A stretch of 40,415 nucleotides of DNA from Burkholderiales bacterium (GTDB lineage: Bacteria > Pseudomonadota > Gammaproteobacteria > Burkholderiales > Burkholderiaceae_C). Below, in pieces: positions 17,227-27,228 of this stretch. Position 1 is the stretch's first letter, and the number at the start of each line of letters is the position of its first letter. The notes below the pieces were generated by a model. The model was not told the origin of the DNA. It did no database searches and saw only the letters and a list, made by a program, of their open reading frames with translations. A program made the translations under genes and the position numbers. The stretch is taken from assembly GCA_044445225.1 (NCBI GenBank), contig JBIODO010000001.1, forward strand, positions 1 through 40,415, in the 5' to 3' direction.

Positions 17227-17646
17227 GTGGCTAACGAAGTGTCCGAGGGGGCGCCCTCAGCGAAGGTGCTGGTCATCGACGACAGCAACACGATCCGTCG
17301 CAGCGCCGAGATTTTTCTGCGCCAGGGCGGCTATGAAGTGGTGCTGGCCGAAGACGGCTTCGACGCGCTGGCCAAGGTCAATGACCACGACCCGAAGCTG
17401 ATCTTCTGCGACATCCTGATGCCGCGCCTGGACGGCTACCAGACCTGCGCCATCATCAAGCGCAACCCGCGCTTCGCCCACGTGCCCGTGATCATGTTGT
17501 CATCCAAGGACGGCCTGTTCGACAAGGCGCGGGGCCGGATGGTCGGTTCCGAGGAATACCTGACAAAACCTTTCACGAAGGAACAACTGCTACGCGCCGT
17601 AGAGCAATTCAGCCGTTACGCTGAGCGAGGTGCGCAGAGCGCGTGA
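17227..17646 (+). CDS. pilG: twitching-motility response regulator PilG (CheY-like)
   Basis: 139 aa, a single REC domain (VLVIDDS...DILMPRLDG...LTKPF). GTG start preceded by AAGGAGAG. First of two CheY-like genes ahead of pilI and pilJ. Confidence 0.88.
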   Translation: MANEVSEGAPSAKVLVIDDSNTIRRSAEIFLRQGGYEVVLAEDGFDALAKVNDHDPKLIFCDILMPRLDGYQTCAIIKRNPRFAHVPVIMLSSKDGLFDKARGRMVGSEEYLTKPFTKEQLLRAVEQFSRYAERGAQSA

Positions 17647-17685
17647 ATTGCGCTGGCTGCGCTTGCGGCCTGCAGGAGAGACTAG

Positions 17686-18051
17686 ATGACGATCAAAAAG
17701 GTGCTGTTGGTGGACGACTCGAAGACCGAGTTGCACCACCTGTCGGACATGCTGTCCAAGCGCGGCTATGCCGTGCGCACGGCCGAGAACGGCGAAGAGG
17801 CCATGCGCCGCTTGGCTGAAGACAAGCCCGATTTGATCCTGATGGACGTGGTGATGCCGGGCCAGAACGGCTTTCAGCTCACGCGTGCGATCACGCGCGA
17901 CCCGGCCTTCGCCGACGTGCCGGTGATCATGTGCACCAGCAAGAATCAAGAGACCGACCGCGTGTGGGGAATGCGCCAGGGCGCGCGCGACTACGTGGTC
18001 AAGCCGGTGGTGGCCGATGAGTTGATCGCCAAGATCAAGGCCTTCGACTGA
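17686..18051 (+). CDS. pilH: twitching-motility response regulator PilH (CheY-like)
   Basis: 121 aa REC domain (VLLVDDS...DVVMPGQNG...VVKP) preceded by GGAGAG. Confidence 0.88.
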   Translation: MTIKKVLLVDDSKTELHHLSDMLSKRGYAVRTAENGEEAMRRLAEDKPDLILMDVVMPGQNGFQLTRAITRDPAFADVPVIMCTSKNQETDRVWGMRQGARDYVVKPVVADELIAKIKAFD

Positions 18052-18078
18052 TCAGGCAACCAGGGACGGCAAGCGGTC

Positions 18079-18609
18079 ATGGCCAACAAAGAAGCCCTGC
18101 GAGAGCTGCAGACGCGGCTCGCCCAGCGCATGCAGGTGGCGCGCAACGAGCCGGCGGCCCACGCCTGGCTCGCGGTGGAGTGCGCCACCCAGGGCCTGCT
18201 GTTGCCGTTGGATCAGGCCGGCGAGATCTTCAATGCCGGGCGCGTGATGCCGGTGCCGCACACGCGCCCGTGGTTTGCCGGCGTGGCCAACCTGCGCGGC
18301 GGCCTGCACGGTGTGGTTGATATGGCGGTGTTCTTGGGCCTGCGTGCGCGCAGCGTGCAAGAGCACGGAGCCGAAGGGGCGCGCCTGGTGGCGCTGAATC
18401 CGTCTCTCGGCGTGAACTGCGCGTTGCTGGTGGATCGCCTGGCAGGCCTGCGGCACGAAAACGAATTGAGCGGTCAGGCCGGTGAGTCCCAGTCGCAGCG
18501 GCCGGCGTTCGCTGGCGCACGCTGGCACGACAAGGGCGGCCGCGACTGGCAAGAAATCAAATTGGCCGCACTGGCGGCCGATGTGCAGTTTCTCGCGATT
18601 GCGGCCTGA
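18079..18609 (+). CDS. pilI: CheW-like coupling protein PilI
   Basis: 176 aa CheW-like domain (PHTRPWFAGVANLRGGLHGVVD), located between pilH and pilJ. Confidence 0.85.
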   Translation: MANKEALRELQTRLAQRMQVARNEPAAHAWLAVECATQGLLLPLDQAGEIFNAGRVMPVPHTRPWFAGVANLRGGLHGVVDMAVFLGLRARSVQEHGAEGARLVALNPSLGVNCALLVDRLAGLRHENELSGQAGESQSQRPAFAGARWHDKGGRDWQEIKLAALAADVQFLAIAA

Positions 18610-18677
18610 AGCGGCCGTTGGCGCGAGGCGTGGGAACAGCGACTGGCATCTAGGTGCAGGACGACGAGAGGACTCGT

Positions 18678-21002
18678 ATGGGCTTCATGGAACGATTCAA
18701 GGCGAAGGGCCGAGGCAACGGCGGCGTCGCGACTGCCGAGTTGTCTCCGTTCGACGAAATGGTGCTGCCGCACGGCGGGTCTGCTTCCGATCGGAGCAAT
18801 CAACACGCCAGCACGGTGTCGCTGGACATGCACCCGTCACAGGCGACGCGCCAGATCAGCACATCGATCATTTCGGAGGCTGCGCCTTCGGAGATGGCGC
18901 CCGACTTCAACGAGTCGCGCCCACAGCACGCTGCGCCGGTGGTCGCGGCGGCGCTGCCGCTGATCGGCAACAAGACCGTTCCCGAACAGCAGCGCATCCT
19001 CGGCGGTGTCGTGCTGCTCGGCCTGCTCGGCCTGGTGCTGGGCACCGTGCTGGCGCTGAGCGCTGCCAGCCGCGGCGCCAATCAGGTGGCCGCCGTCGGC
19101 CAAGCGCTGATGCAGTCGCAACGGCTGGCCAAGTCGGTGTCGCAGGCCCTGGTGGGTAGTGCTCAGGCGTTCCCGGAAGTGCGCGACTCGTCGACCGTGC
19201 TGGCCACCAACGTGCGCGGACTGCGCAACGGCGAGGGCGAGCTGGCCGCCGCGCCGTCCAGCGTACAAGACACCATCGAGCCGCTGCTGCCGCTGGTCGA
19301 CCGCGCCGAACGCAACGCCAACCACGTGCTGAGCCAGCAGAAGACGCTGACCCAGGTGGGCCAGGCGCTGCGCACGATCAATCGCCAGTCGGCCGACCTG
19401 CTGGAAACCGCCGAGACGGTGTCGTCGCTGAAGCTGCAACAGGAAGCCTCCCCGGCCGAGCTGGCGGCGGTCGGCCAGTTGGTGATGTTGACGCAGCGCA
19501 TCGGCAAGAGCGCCAACGAGTTCCTGACCATCGAGGGCGTGAGCCCCGAGGCCGTGTTCTTGTTGGGCAAGGACTTGAATTCATTCCGCGAAATCGCCGA
19601 AGGCTTGAATAACGGCAACCCGGAACTGCGCCTGCCTGGCACCAAGGACGCACAGACCAAGGACCGCCTGCGCCAGTTGATCAAGCAGTACGACGAGACC
19701 CGCGCGCAGGCGAGCTCGATTCTGGGCAACTTGCAAGGCCTTGTCACCGCGCGTGAGGCGCAGGCCGGCATCCTGAACGACAGCGAACCGCTGCGCAAAG
19801 GCCTGGAGACGCTGCAAGACCAGCTCGGCAAGGAAACCGGCATCCGCATGACGCATCTGTCGGTGATGCTGCTGTCGGTGCTGATGATGGTGGTGGGCGG
19901 TATCGGTTTCCTGCGGCTGTTCGTGCAGGACCAGGCGCAACGTGCGCAGACCGCCGAAGCGCAGCGCCACGAGGCCGAGCGCCAGGAGCAGGAAGCCAAG
20001 CGCGTCAACGACGCCAACCAGGCCGCCATTTTGCGATTGATGAACGAGCTGCAGTCGGTCGCTGAGGGTGACTTGACGCAGCAGGCCACGGTGACGGAAG
20101 ACATCACCGGCGCCATCGCCGACTCGGTGAACTACACGGTGGAAGAGCTGCGTTCTCTGGTGGCCCAGGTGCAGGGTACGGCCAGCCGCGTGACCGAGAC
20201 GACGCAGCAGGTGGAAGCCACGTCGACCGAACTGCTGGCGGCATCGACCGAACAGCTGCGCGAGATCCGTGACACCGGCGAGTCGGTGCTGCAGATGGCC
20301 AACCGAATCAACCAGGTGTCCACGCAGGCGCAAGAAACCGCCCAGGTGGCGCGCCGCTCGCTGGCAGCTGCCGAGTCGGGCCTGTCGGCGGTGCAAAACA
20401 CCATCGGCGGTATGAACTCGATCCGCGACCAGATCCAGGAAACCTCCAAGCGCATCAAGCGGCTGGGCGAGTCGTCGCAAGAGATCGGTGAAATCACCGA
20501 GCTGATCTCGGACATTACCGAACAGACCAACGTGCTGGCCTTGAACGCCGCTATTCAAGCGGCGTCCGCCGGTGAAGCCGGCCGCGGCTTCTCGGTGGTT
20601 GCCGAAGAAGTGCAGCGACTGGCTGAACGTTCGGGCGACGCCACGCGGCAGATCGCGGCGCTGGTCAAGACCATTCAGACCGACACCCAAGACGCGGTGG
20701 CCGCCATGGAGCGCTCGACGCAGGGCGTGGTCGACGGTGCACGACTGTCCGACGCGGCCGGTAGCGCACTGGGCGACATCGACCGAGTCACGCGTCAACT
20801 GGCCGAGCTGATCGAGAACATCTCCACGCAGGCGTCCAGCGAGGCCCAATCGGCCAACGTGGTGGCGTCGAACATCCAGCACATCTTTGCGGTGACCGAG
20901 CAGACCGGAGAGGGCACGCGCTCGACGGCGCAGATGGTGCGCGAGCTGTCGCGCAGCGCTGAAGAGCTCAAGCAATCGGTGGCGCGATTCAAGGTCAGCT
21001 GA
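18678..21002 (+). CDS. pilJ: methyl-accepting chemotaxis protein PilJ
   Basis: Two TM helices flank a PilJ/NarX-like periplasmic region. Conserved MCP hairpin tip [48 protein letters not shown]. Start placed at the ATG at 18678, 5 nt after an AGAGGA Shine-Dalgarno-like sequence; the track ORF begins at 18654. Confidence 0.9.
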   Translation: MGFMERFKAKGRGNGGVATAELSPFDEMVLPHGGSASDRSNQHASTVSLDMHPSQATRQISTSIISEAAPSEMAPDFNESRPQHAAPVVAAALPLIGNKTVPEQQRILGGVVLLGLLGLVLGTVLALSAASRGANQVAAVGQALMQSQRLAKSVSQALVGSAQAFPEVRDSSTVLATNVRGLRNGEGELAAAPSSVQDTIEPLLPLVDRAERNANHVLSQQKTLTQVGQALRTINRQSADLLETAETVSSLKLQQEASPAELAAVGQLVMLTQRIGKSANEFLTIEGVSPEAVFLLGKDLNSFREIAEGLNNGNPELRLPGTKDAQTKDRLRQLIKQYDETRAQASSILGNLQGLVTAREAQAGILNDSEPLRKGLETLQDQLGKETGIRMTHLSVMLLSVLMMVVGGIGFLRLFVQDQAQRAQTAEAQRHEAERQEQEAKRVNDANQAAILRLMNELQSVAEGDLTQQATVTEDITGAIADSVNYTVEELRSLVAQVQGTASRVTETTQQVEATSTELLAASTEQLREIRDTGESVLQMANRINQVSTQAQETAQVARRSLAAAESGLSAVQNTIGGMNSIRDQIQETSKRIKRLGESSQEIGEITELISDITEQTNVLALNAAIQAASAGEAGRGFSVVAEEVQRLAERSGDATRQIAALVKTIQTDTQDAVAAMERSTQGVVDGARLSDAAGSALGDIDRVTRQLAELIENISTQASSEAQSANVVASNIQHIFAVTEQTGEGTRSTAQMVRELSRSAEELKQSVARFKVS

Positions 21003-21028
21003 AGCAACTCACTCCGGGTGGATCGCAC

Positions 21029-24000
21029 ATGTCCGCTGCACGCGACAACGAGGTGACCCACGACCTGAGCGCCCTGGCCTGGGTGCACGACGAGCTGCGT
21101 CGTACGCTGGAGGCCGCGCACAAGTCGCTGCGTCGTTACCTGAAGGAAGCCGACACCGCCGGCCATTCCGACGTCGAGACCGTCGACCCTGCGATCCTGC
21201 GTCATGCGCGCTCGCAAATGCACCAGGGTGCCGGTGCGCTCGAGCTGGTGGGCCTGCCCACCGCCGCGCTGATGCTGCGTGCCTCGGAGGCGGCGATCAC
21301 GCGCCTGGCTGGCCGCAGTCGCGGCCTGACGCCCGCGGCCGTCGAAACGCTCGAGCGCGGTTCGTTCGCGCTGCTGGACTATCTGGCGCGCCTGCTGGCC
21401 GGCAAGCTGATCTCGCCGGCCGCCATGTTCCCGCAGTACAAGGCGCTGCAAGAGCTGGCCGGGGCTGGCCGTATTCATCCGGCCGACCTGTGGACCAAGG
21501 ACTGGCAGTGGCGTGTGGTCCCGGCAGCCGATACGCGGCCGGCCAAGCGCGCCGATGCCGACACGCAATCGCAACTCGAGGCCGAGACACTGGCACTGAT
21601 GCGCGGGCGCGATGCCGGCGCGGCGCAGCGCTTGAGCGATCTGCTCGCCGGTTTAGCGGCCGGCAGCAAGGATCGCCTGGCCACGCTGTGGCAGCTGGCG
21701 GCGGCCGTCTACGAGGGACAGGCCAAAGGGCTCCTGAAGGCCGACCTCTACGGCAAGCGGTTGGCCTCGCGCTTGCTGGCGCAGCTGCGTGCCGGTGAGG
21801 GTGCCGATCCGTCGGACCGGCTGGCGCAAGACCTGTTGTTCTTCTGTGCGCAGGCGGTGCCCGGTGCCGGCAAGGACGCCGGCCCGCGGCTGGCCGCGGC
21901 GCGCAAGGCATTCGACCTCAAGCCCAGCTCGGCGGTTGACTACGAGAGTGCCCGTCTGGGGCGCTTCGACCCCTCGCTGCTGGCGCAGGCCCGCAAGCGC
22001 GTGGCCGCCGCCAAGGACGTGTGGTCGGCAGTGGCCGGCGGCGACAACCAACGCCTGCCTGGCCTGGCCGAGCAGTTCGCGCTGGTGGGCGAGTCGCTGC
22101 AGAAGCTGTACCCCGAGGGCGAGACGCTCGCCAAATCGCTGCTGCAGTCGGCGGCGCACGCCGTGCATGCCGGCGGCGCGGTCGCGCCCGAGCACGCAAT
22201 GGAGGTGGCCACCAGCCTGCTCTACGTGGATGCGTCGCTGGAAGATCAAGACCTCGACCATCCCGAATTGGCCGGCCGCGTGCTGCGCTTGGCGCAGCGC
22301 GTCGACGGCGTGCGCCAGGGACATTCGCCCGGTGCGCTCGAGGTCTGGATGGAAGACCTGTACCGTCGCGTCTCCGATCGCCAGACGATGGGCAGCGTGG
22401 TGCAGGAGTTGCGCGCCTCGCTGTCGGAGATCGAAAAGCACATCGACGAGTTCTTCCGCAACCCGGCGCAGCGCGAAGTGCTGATCTCGGTGCCCGGACA
22501 GCTCTCTTCGATGCGCGGTGTGTTGTCGGTGCTCGGCCAGGACCATGCATCGCAGGCGGTCGTTCGCATGCGCGACGACGTCGACACGTTGATCGCCTCG
22601 GACGCGGCCGACACCGGGCCGCATCAGGCCGCCTTCGAGCGATTGGCCGACAACCTTGGCGCGCTGAGCTTCCTGATCGACATGCTCAGCGTGCAGCCGC
22701 AGATGGCCAAGTCGCTGTTCCGCTTCGACGCGAGCAACGGCAACCTGATGTCGGTGATGGACCGTGCGCACCGTCCGTCGGTGTTCGGGTCGTTCGACGA
22801 ACTGCCGGCGGCCGACCAGGGCCTGGTTGATCAAGCCGGCGCGATCGCCAAGTCGGCGGCTGCCGGCGCGGATGCCGGCGACGTGGCTCGCGAGCTGGAG
22901 CGCTTGGCGCGGCAGGCCGAGGCCGCCGATCAGCGCGGCATCGCCAGTGCGGCCGACAAGGCGCAGCGCGCGCTGACCAAGGCGACCTCAGGCGACGAGC
23001 GCAAAGAAGCATTGGCGCAGGCTGCGCAAGTGATGACCGAGTTGGCCAAGCCGCGCGCCGATGCGCAGCCGAGCCAGTTCGCGCCGCTCAAGCCACTGCC
23101 CGCGGCCGCTGCTGCGCCAGTGGTCTCTGCCCAGACCGGCCTCGAAGACGATGCCGAGATGCGCGAGATCTTCCTCGAGGAAGCGCGCGAGGTGATGCAG
23201 ACGGCCCGTGACGCGTTGGCCCAGTTGGCGAAGAATTCCAACGACATGGGCGAGATGACGTCCGTGCGGCGCGCGTTCCACACGCTCAAGGGCAGTTCGC
23301 GCATGGTCGGCCTGAAGGATTTCGGCGAGGCCGCCTGGGGTTGCGAGCAGCTGTACAACGCGCGGCTGGCCGACAGCGGCGCCGCGGACAACGATCTGCT
23401 GGGTTTCAGTGGCGAAGCGCTCGACTACCTGGGGCGCTGGATCGAAGGGGTTGCTGCCGGAGACACGGCCGCCTTCCAGCACCGCACGGTGGGCCGCGCG
23501 GCCGATGCGCTGCGCAACGATCGCCGCCGCATTCCGGTGAGCGATGGTGCGTCCAGTGAACACGGTGCGCTGGCGCCCCTCACGCAGCCGGCGGCGCCGA
23601 GCGTGCCCGCCAGGCCGGCCGTGCCGGCCGCCCCCGCCGCGCCAGTGGCTGCTGCGCCGAGCGCACCCGTTGTGCGCGCGGTGGCCCCACCTGTCGTGGT
23701 GGCCGCAGCCGAGCCGCCGCCACAGGTGCCGACTCTGGCAGTGCCGGAGGTGACGGTTGATCTGGACTTCGAGCTCGATGCGCCAGGCGAATCGACCGAG
23801 GTCTTCACGTTGTCCGACATGCCGACCCAGGCCATGCCTGCGGGCGAATTGGAGGCTCCGGCGCCCGCAGCCGAGGCGATCGAGCTGATCGAGCTCGATC
23901 TGCCGGAGGTCGAGGCCGAGCCTCTGGCCCCGCGCGACGTGTCGGTGGCGCCGGAAACCAAACCCGACGGTCTGCAGACCATGCCGGCGGCGCTGGGGCC

Positions 24001-27000
24001 CTTCATCGACTCCGAGACCGGCCGCTTCCAAGAAGCGTCACTGGCTGCCGTGAGCCGCACGGTTGATCTCGACATGACTCCCGGCCTCGCGCGGGTGGTC
24101 GGCGGCATGCCGCCGGCGAGCGACTCCGACCAGATCAAGGTCATCGGCTCGCTGCGCATCCCGATCCCGCTGTTCAACATCTTCCTCAACGAAGCCGATG
24201 AGCACTCGCGCCGGCTCGCCACCGAGCTGGCCGAGTGGTCGCACGAGCTGCAGCGGCCGGTGGGGGAGAGCACCGTCGCGCACGCGCACTCGCTGGCCGG
24301 CAACTGCGCCGCTGTGGGCTACACCGACCTGTCCAACCTGGCGCGCTCGCTCGAGCATGCGCTGTCGCGGACCAACGCGCGCGGCCACGGGGTGGCCGAA
24401 GAGGCCCAGTTGTTTGCCGCGGCCGCCGAGGAAATCCGTCGCCTGCTGCACCAGTTCGCCGCCGGATTCGTCAAGGCGCCCGATCCTGATCTGCTGCGTT
24501 TCCTGTCTGAGCACGAACACATGGTGGTGCCGGCGCCGGCTGCACCGTTGGAAGCCCGGACTGTCGAGCGCAAGCCTCCTTCAGATTTCGCGCCGATAGC
24601 GCCGCTGCCGCACTTCACCGAGTTCGGTGGCACTGAACTGCGCACGCTGGGTGAGCTGTCCACGGCGGCGCCGCGCCAGGCCACGCTCGCCGCCTCGGCG
24701 CGGCCCGATGCGCTGGACGCCGAAGACGACATCGATGCCGTGGATGCGGTCGACGCCGAGCTGTTCCCGATCTTCGAGGAAGAGGGCGAGGAGCTGATCC
24801 CGCAGCTGCAGTCGCGCATGCGTGAATGGGTGCGTCGGCCCACCGAGGCTGCCGCTGCGTCGGCGTGCATGCGCACGCTGCACACGCTCAAGGGAGGCGC
24901 GCGTCTGGCCGGCGCGATGCGCCTGGGCGAGATGGCGCACCGCTTGGAAACCGCCATCGAGCACCTGGTCGGGCGTGGTCACGCCAACGCCGCCGACATT
25001 GAACGGCTGGTCGGTCGCGTGGATGCGATCCAAACCCGCTTCGAGATGCTGCGGCGTGGCGAGGTCGATCACTCGCAACCGATGCCGCTGGAGCCGCAGG
25101 CCCCTGCGGTGGAGGTCACGCAGGCGAGAACGCCGGTGGCGCCGCTGGTGGCGATGCCTGAGGTGCTGCCTGCGATCAGTGCGGCGCCGCAGAAACCGGC
25201 CGCACCGCAAGCATCGACCGCGCTGCCACCCGCTGCACCGCAACCGCCCGCCGCGCCGGCGCTGCAGTCCGCCATCATCGACTGGGGTCGCTTCGGCGCC
25301 GCCTCGGACGCGGCGACGGCGGTGGTACCCGTTGCTGTGGTGGCGAACAACCAATCTGCGGTGCGCGTGCGCTCGCAGCTGCTCGATCGCCTGGTGAGCC
25401 ACGCTGGTGAGGTCAGCATCACGCGCGCGCGCATCGAGACCGATGTCGCGCAACTGAAGTCGGCGCTCGGTGACTTGACCGAAAACCTGGAGCGTCTGCG
25501 CCGGCAACTGCGCGACATCGAACTGCAGGCCGAGACGCAGATCGTCTCGCGCATGGAGGCCGCCAAGGCATCGGCGCAGTCGTTCGACCCGCTGGAGATG
25601 GACCGCTTCACGCGGTTCCAGGAACTCACGCGCATGATGGCCGAGTCGGTGAACGACGTGGCCACCGTGCAGCGCGGCCTGCAACGCACGCTGCAGTCGA
25701 CCGAAGACGAACTGGCCGCGCAAGCGCGCCTGACGCGCGACCTGCAGGACGACCTGCTGCGCACGCGCATGGTCGAGTTCGAGAGCATGTCGGAGCGCCT
25801 GTATCGCCTGGTACGGCAGGCCGCCAAGGAAACCGCCAAGCAGGTGCGCCTGGACATCGTCGGCGGCGCGATCGAAATCGATCGCGGCGTGCTCGACCGC
25901 ATGACCGGTGCCTTCGAGCACTTGCTGCGCAACTGCGTGACCCACGGTGTCGAATCGCCGGCGGCGCGTGCCGCCGCAGGCAAGGACCCCACCGGTTCGA
26001 TCGTCATCACGGTCACGCAAGAGGGCAACGAAGTCTCGGTGGAGTTCCGCGACGACGGCGCGGGCCTGAACCTGCCGCGCATCCGCGAGAAGGGCCGCGC
26101 GATGGGCCTGATCACCGCCGGCGCGAACCCCGGTGATGCCGAGCTGGCCAATCTGATCTTCACGCCGGGCTTCTCGACGGCCGACGCGGTGACCGGCCTG
26201 GCCGGACGCGGCGTTGGCATGGACGTGGTGCGCGCCGACGTCAATGCGATGGGCGGCCGCATCGAGACCGCAACCGCGGCCGGGCGCGGCACCAGCTTCC
26301 GCCTGGTGCTGCCGCTGACCACCGCGGTGACGCAGGTGGTGATGCTGCGCTGTGGCGAGTTGAAAGTGGCGGTGCCCTCGACGCTGGTGGAGATCGTCAA
26401 GCGATCGCCGCAAAGCGAGCTCCAGACCGCCTATGCGACCAGCGCGTTCCGCATCGACGACCGCAGCCTGCCGTTCTTCTGGCTTGGCGCGCTGCTGCAG
26501 GCCAACGCACGCGGCCAACAGGGCACACGCGCGCAGCCTGTGGTGATCATCCGCAGCGCGGCACAGCGCATCGCGCTGCACGTCGACGAAGTGCTAGGCA
26601 ACCAGGAAGTGGTGGTCAAGAACCTGGGGCCGCAGCTGGTGCGGCTGCCGGGCCTGGCCGGCATGACCTTGCTGCCTTCCGGTGAGCCGGCGCTGATCTA
26701 CAACCCGGTGGCGCTGGCCACGTTGTATGGCGAATCGGCGTGGGCGATGACGCGCGCGGCGATCGTCACGCCCGACGTGCCGGTGGTCGAACAATCTGCC
26801 GAGCCGCAAGCCCCGTTGGTGCTGGTGGTCGACGACTCGCTCACGGTGCGTCGCGTCACGCAGCGCCTGCTGCAGCGCGAGGGCTATCGCGTCACGCTGG
26901 CCAAGGACGGCCTGGAAGGCCTCGAAAAGCTCGGCGAAGAGCGTCCCGCGGTGTTGTTGTCAGACATCGAGATGCCGCGCATGGACGGCTTCGACCTGGT

Positions 27001-27187
27001 GCGCAACCTGCGAGCCGACCCCAAGCTGGCCGATCTGCCGGTGATCATGATCACTTCGCGCATCGCGCAAAAGCACAAGGATTACGCGGCCGAGCTCGGC
27101 GTCGACCACTATCTCGGCAAGCCGTACGCCGAGGAAGACTTGCTGTCACTGGTGGCCCGCTACGCCAGGGCCTCCGCCAACGCCTGA
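21029..27187 (+). CDS. chpA: ChpA-type hybrid CheA histidine kinase (multiple Hpt/Xpt domains, HATPase, CheW-like domain, C-terminal receiver)
   Basis: 2052 aa. Hpt motifs FHTLKGSS (His codon 23279-23281), LHTLKGGA (24881-24883) and HSLAGN (24287-24289), plus a divergent MHQGAG (21221-23). CheA N-box HLLRNCVTHGVE, G1 DDGAGL, G2 GRGVGMD. CheW-like domain, and a REC domain at about 26815-27187 (LVVDDS...SDIEMPRMDG). Confidence 0.92.
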   Translation: MSAARDNEVTHDLSALAWVHDELRRTLEAAHKSLRRYLKEADTAGHSDVETVDPAILRHARSQMHQGAGALELVGLPTAALMLRASEAAITRLAGRSRGLTPAAVETLERGSFALLDYLARLLAGKLISPAAMFPQYKALQELAGAGRIHPADLWTKDWQWRVVPAADTRPAKRADADTQSQLEAETLALMRGRDAGAAQRLSDLLAGLAAGSKDRLATLWQLAAAVYEGQAKGLLKADLYGKRLASRLLAQLRAGEGADPSDRLAQDLLFFCAQAVPGAGKDAGPRLAAARKAFDLKPSSAVDYESARLGRFDPSLLAQARKRVAAAKDVWSAVAGGDNQRLPGLAEQFALVGESLQKLYPEGETLAKSLLQSAAHAVHAGGAVAPEHAMEVATSLLYVDASLEDQDLDHPELAGRVLRLAQRVDGVRQGHSPGALEVWMEDLYRRVSDRQTMGSVVQELRASLSEIEKHIDEFFRNPAQREVLISVPGQLSSMRGVLSVLGQDHASQAVVRMRDDVDTLIASDAADTGPHQAAFERLADNLGALSFLIDMLSVQPQMAKSLFRFDASNGNLMSVMDRAHRPSVFGSFDELPAADQGLVDQAGAIAKSAAAGADAGDVARELERLARQAEAADQRGIASAADKAQRALTKATSGDERKEALAQAAQVMTELAKPRADAQPSQFAPLKPLPAAAAAPVVSAQTGLEDDAEMREIFLEEAREVMQTARDALAQLAKNSNDMGEMTSVRRAFHTLKGSSRMVGLKDFGEAAWGCEQLYNARLADSGAADNDLLGFSGEALDYLGRWIEGVAAGDTAAFQHRTVGRAADALRNDRRRIPVSDGASSEHGALAPLTQPAAPSVPARPAVPAAPAAPVAAAPSAPVVRAVAPPVVVAAAEPPPQVPTLAVPEVTVDLDFELDAPGESTEVFTLSDMPTQAMPAGELEAPAPAAEAIELIELDLPEVEAEPLAPRDVSVAPETKPDGLQTMPAALGPFIDSETGRFQEASLAAVSRTVDLDMTPGLARVVGGMPPASDSDQIKVIGSLRIPIPLFNIFLNEADEHSRRLATELAEWSHELQRPVGESTVAHAHSLAGNCAAVGYTDLSNLARSLEHALSRTNARGHGVAEEAQLFAAAAEEIRRLLHQFAAGFVKAPDPDLLRFLSEHEHMVVPAPAAPLEARTVERKPPSDFAPIAPLPHFTEFGGTELRTLGELSTAAPRQATLAASARPDALDAEDDIDAVDAVDAELFPIFEEEGEELIPQLQSRMREWVRRPTEAAAASACMRTLHTLKGGARLAGAMRLGEMAHRLETAIEHLVGRGHANAADIERLVGRVDAIQTRFEMLRRGEVDHSQPMPLEPQAPAVEVTQARTPVAPLVAMPEVLPAISAAPQKPAAPQASTALPPAAPQPPAAPALQSAIIDWGRFGAASDAATAVVPVAVVANNQSAVRVRSQLLDRLVSHAGEVSITRARIETDVAQLKSALGDLTENLERLRRQLRDIELQAETQIVSRMEAAKASAQSFDPLEMDRFTRFQELTRMMAESVNDVATVQRGLQRTLQSTEDELAAQARLTRDLQDDLLRTRMVEFESMSERLYRLVRQAAKETAKQVRLDIVGGAIEIDRGVLDRMTGAFEHLLRNCVTHGVESPAARAAAGKDPTGSIVITVTQEGNEVSVEFRDDGAGLNLPRIREKGRAMGLITAGANPGDAELANLIFTPGFSTADAVTGLAGRGVGMDVVRADVNAMGGRIETATAAGRGTSFRLVLPLTTAVTQVVMLRCGELKVAVPSTLVEIVKRSPQSELQTAYATSAFRIDDRSLPFFWLGALLQANARGQQGTRAQPVVIIRSAAQRIALHVDEVLGNQEVVVKNLGPQLVRLPGLAGMTLLPSGEPALIYNPVALATLYGESAWAMTRAAIVTPDVPVVEQSAEPQAPLVLVVDDSLTVRRVTQRLLQREGYRVTLAKDGLEGLEKLGEERPAVLLSDIEMPRMDGFDLVRNLRADPKLADLPVIMITSRIAQKHKDYAAELGVDHYLGKPYAEEDLLSLVARYARASANA

Positions 27188-27228
27188 GGGCGTGTCGCAG
27201 GTTAGCGCGGGGCCGCCGAGCGCAACCA

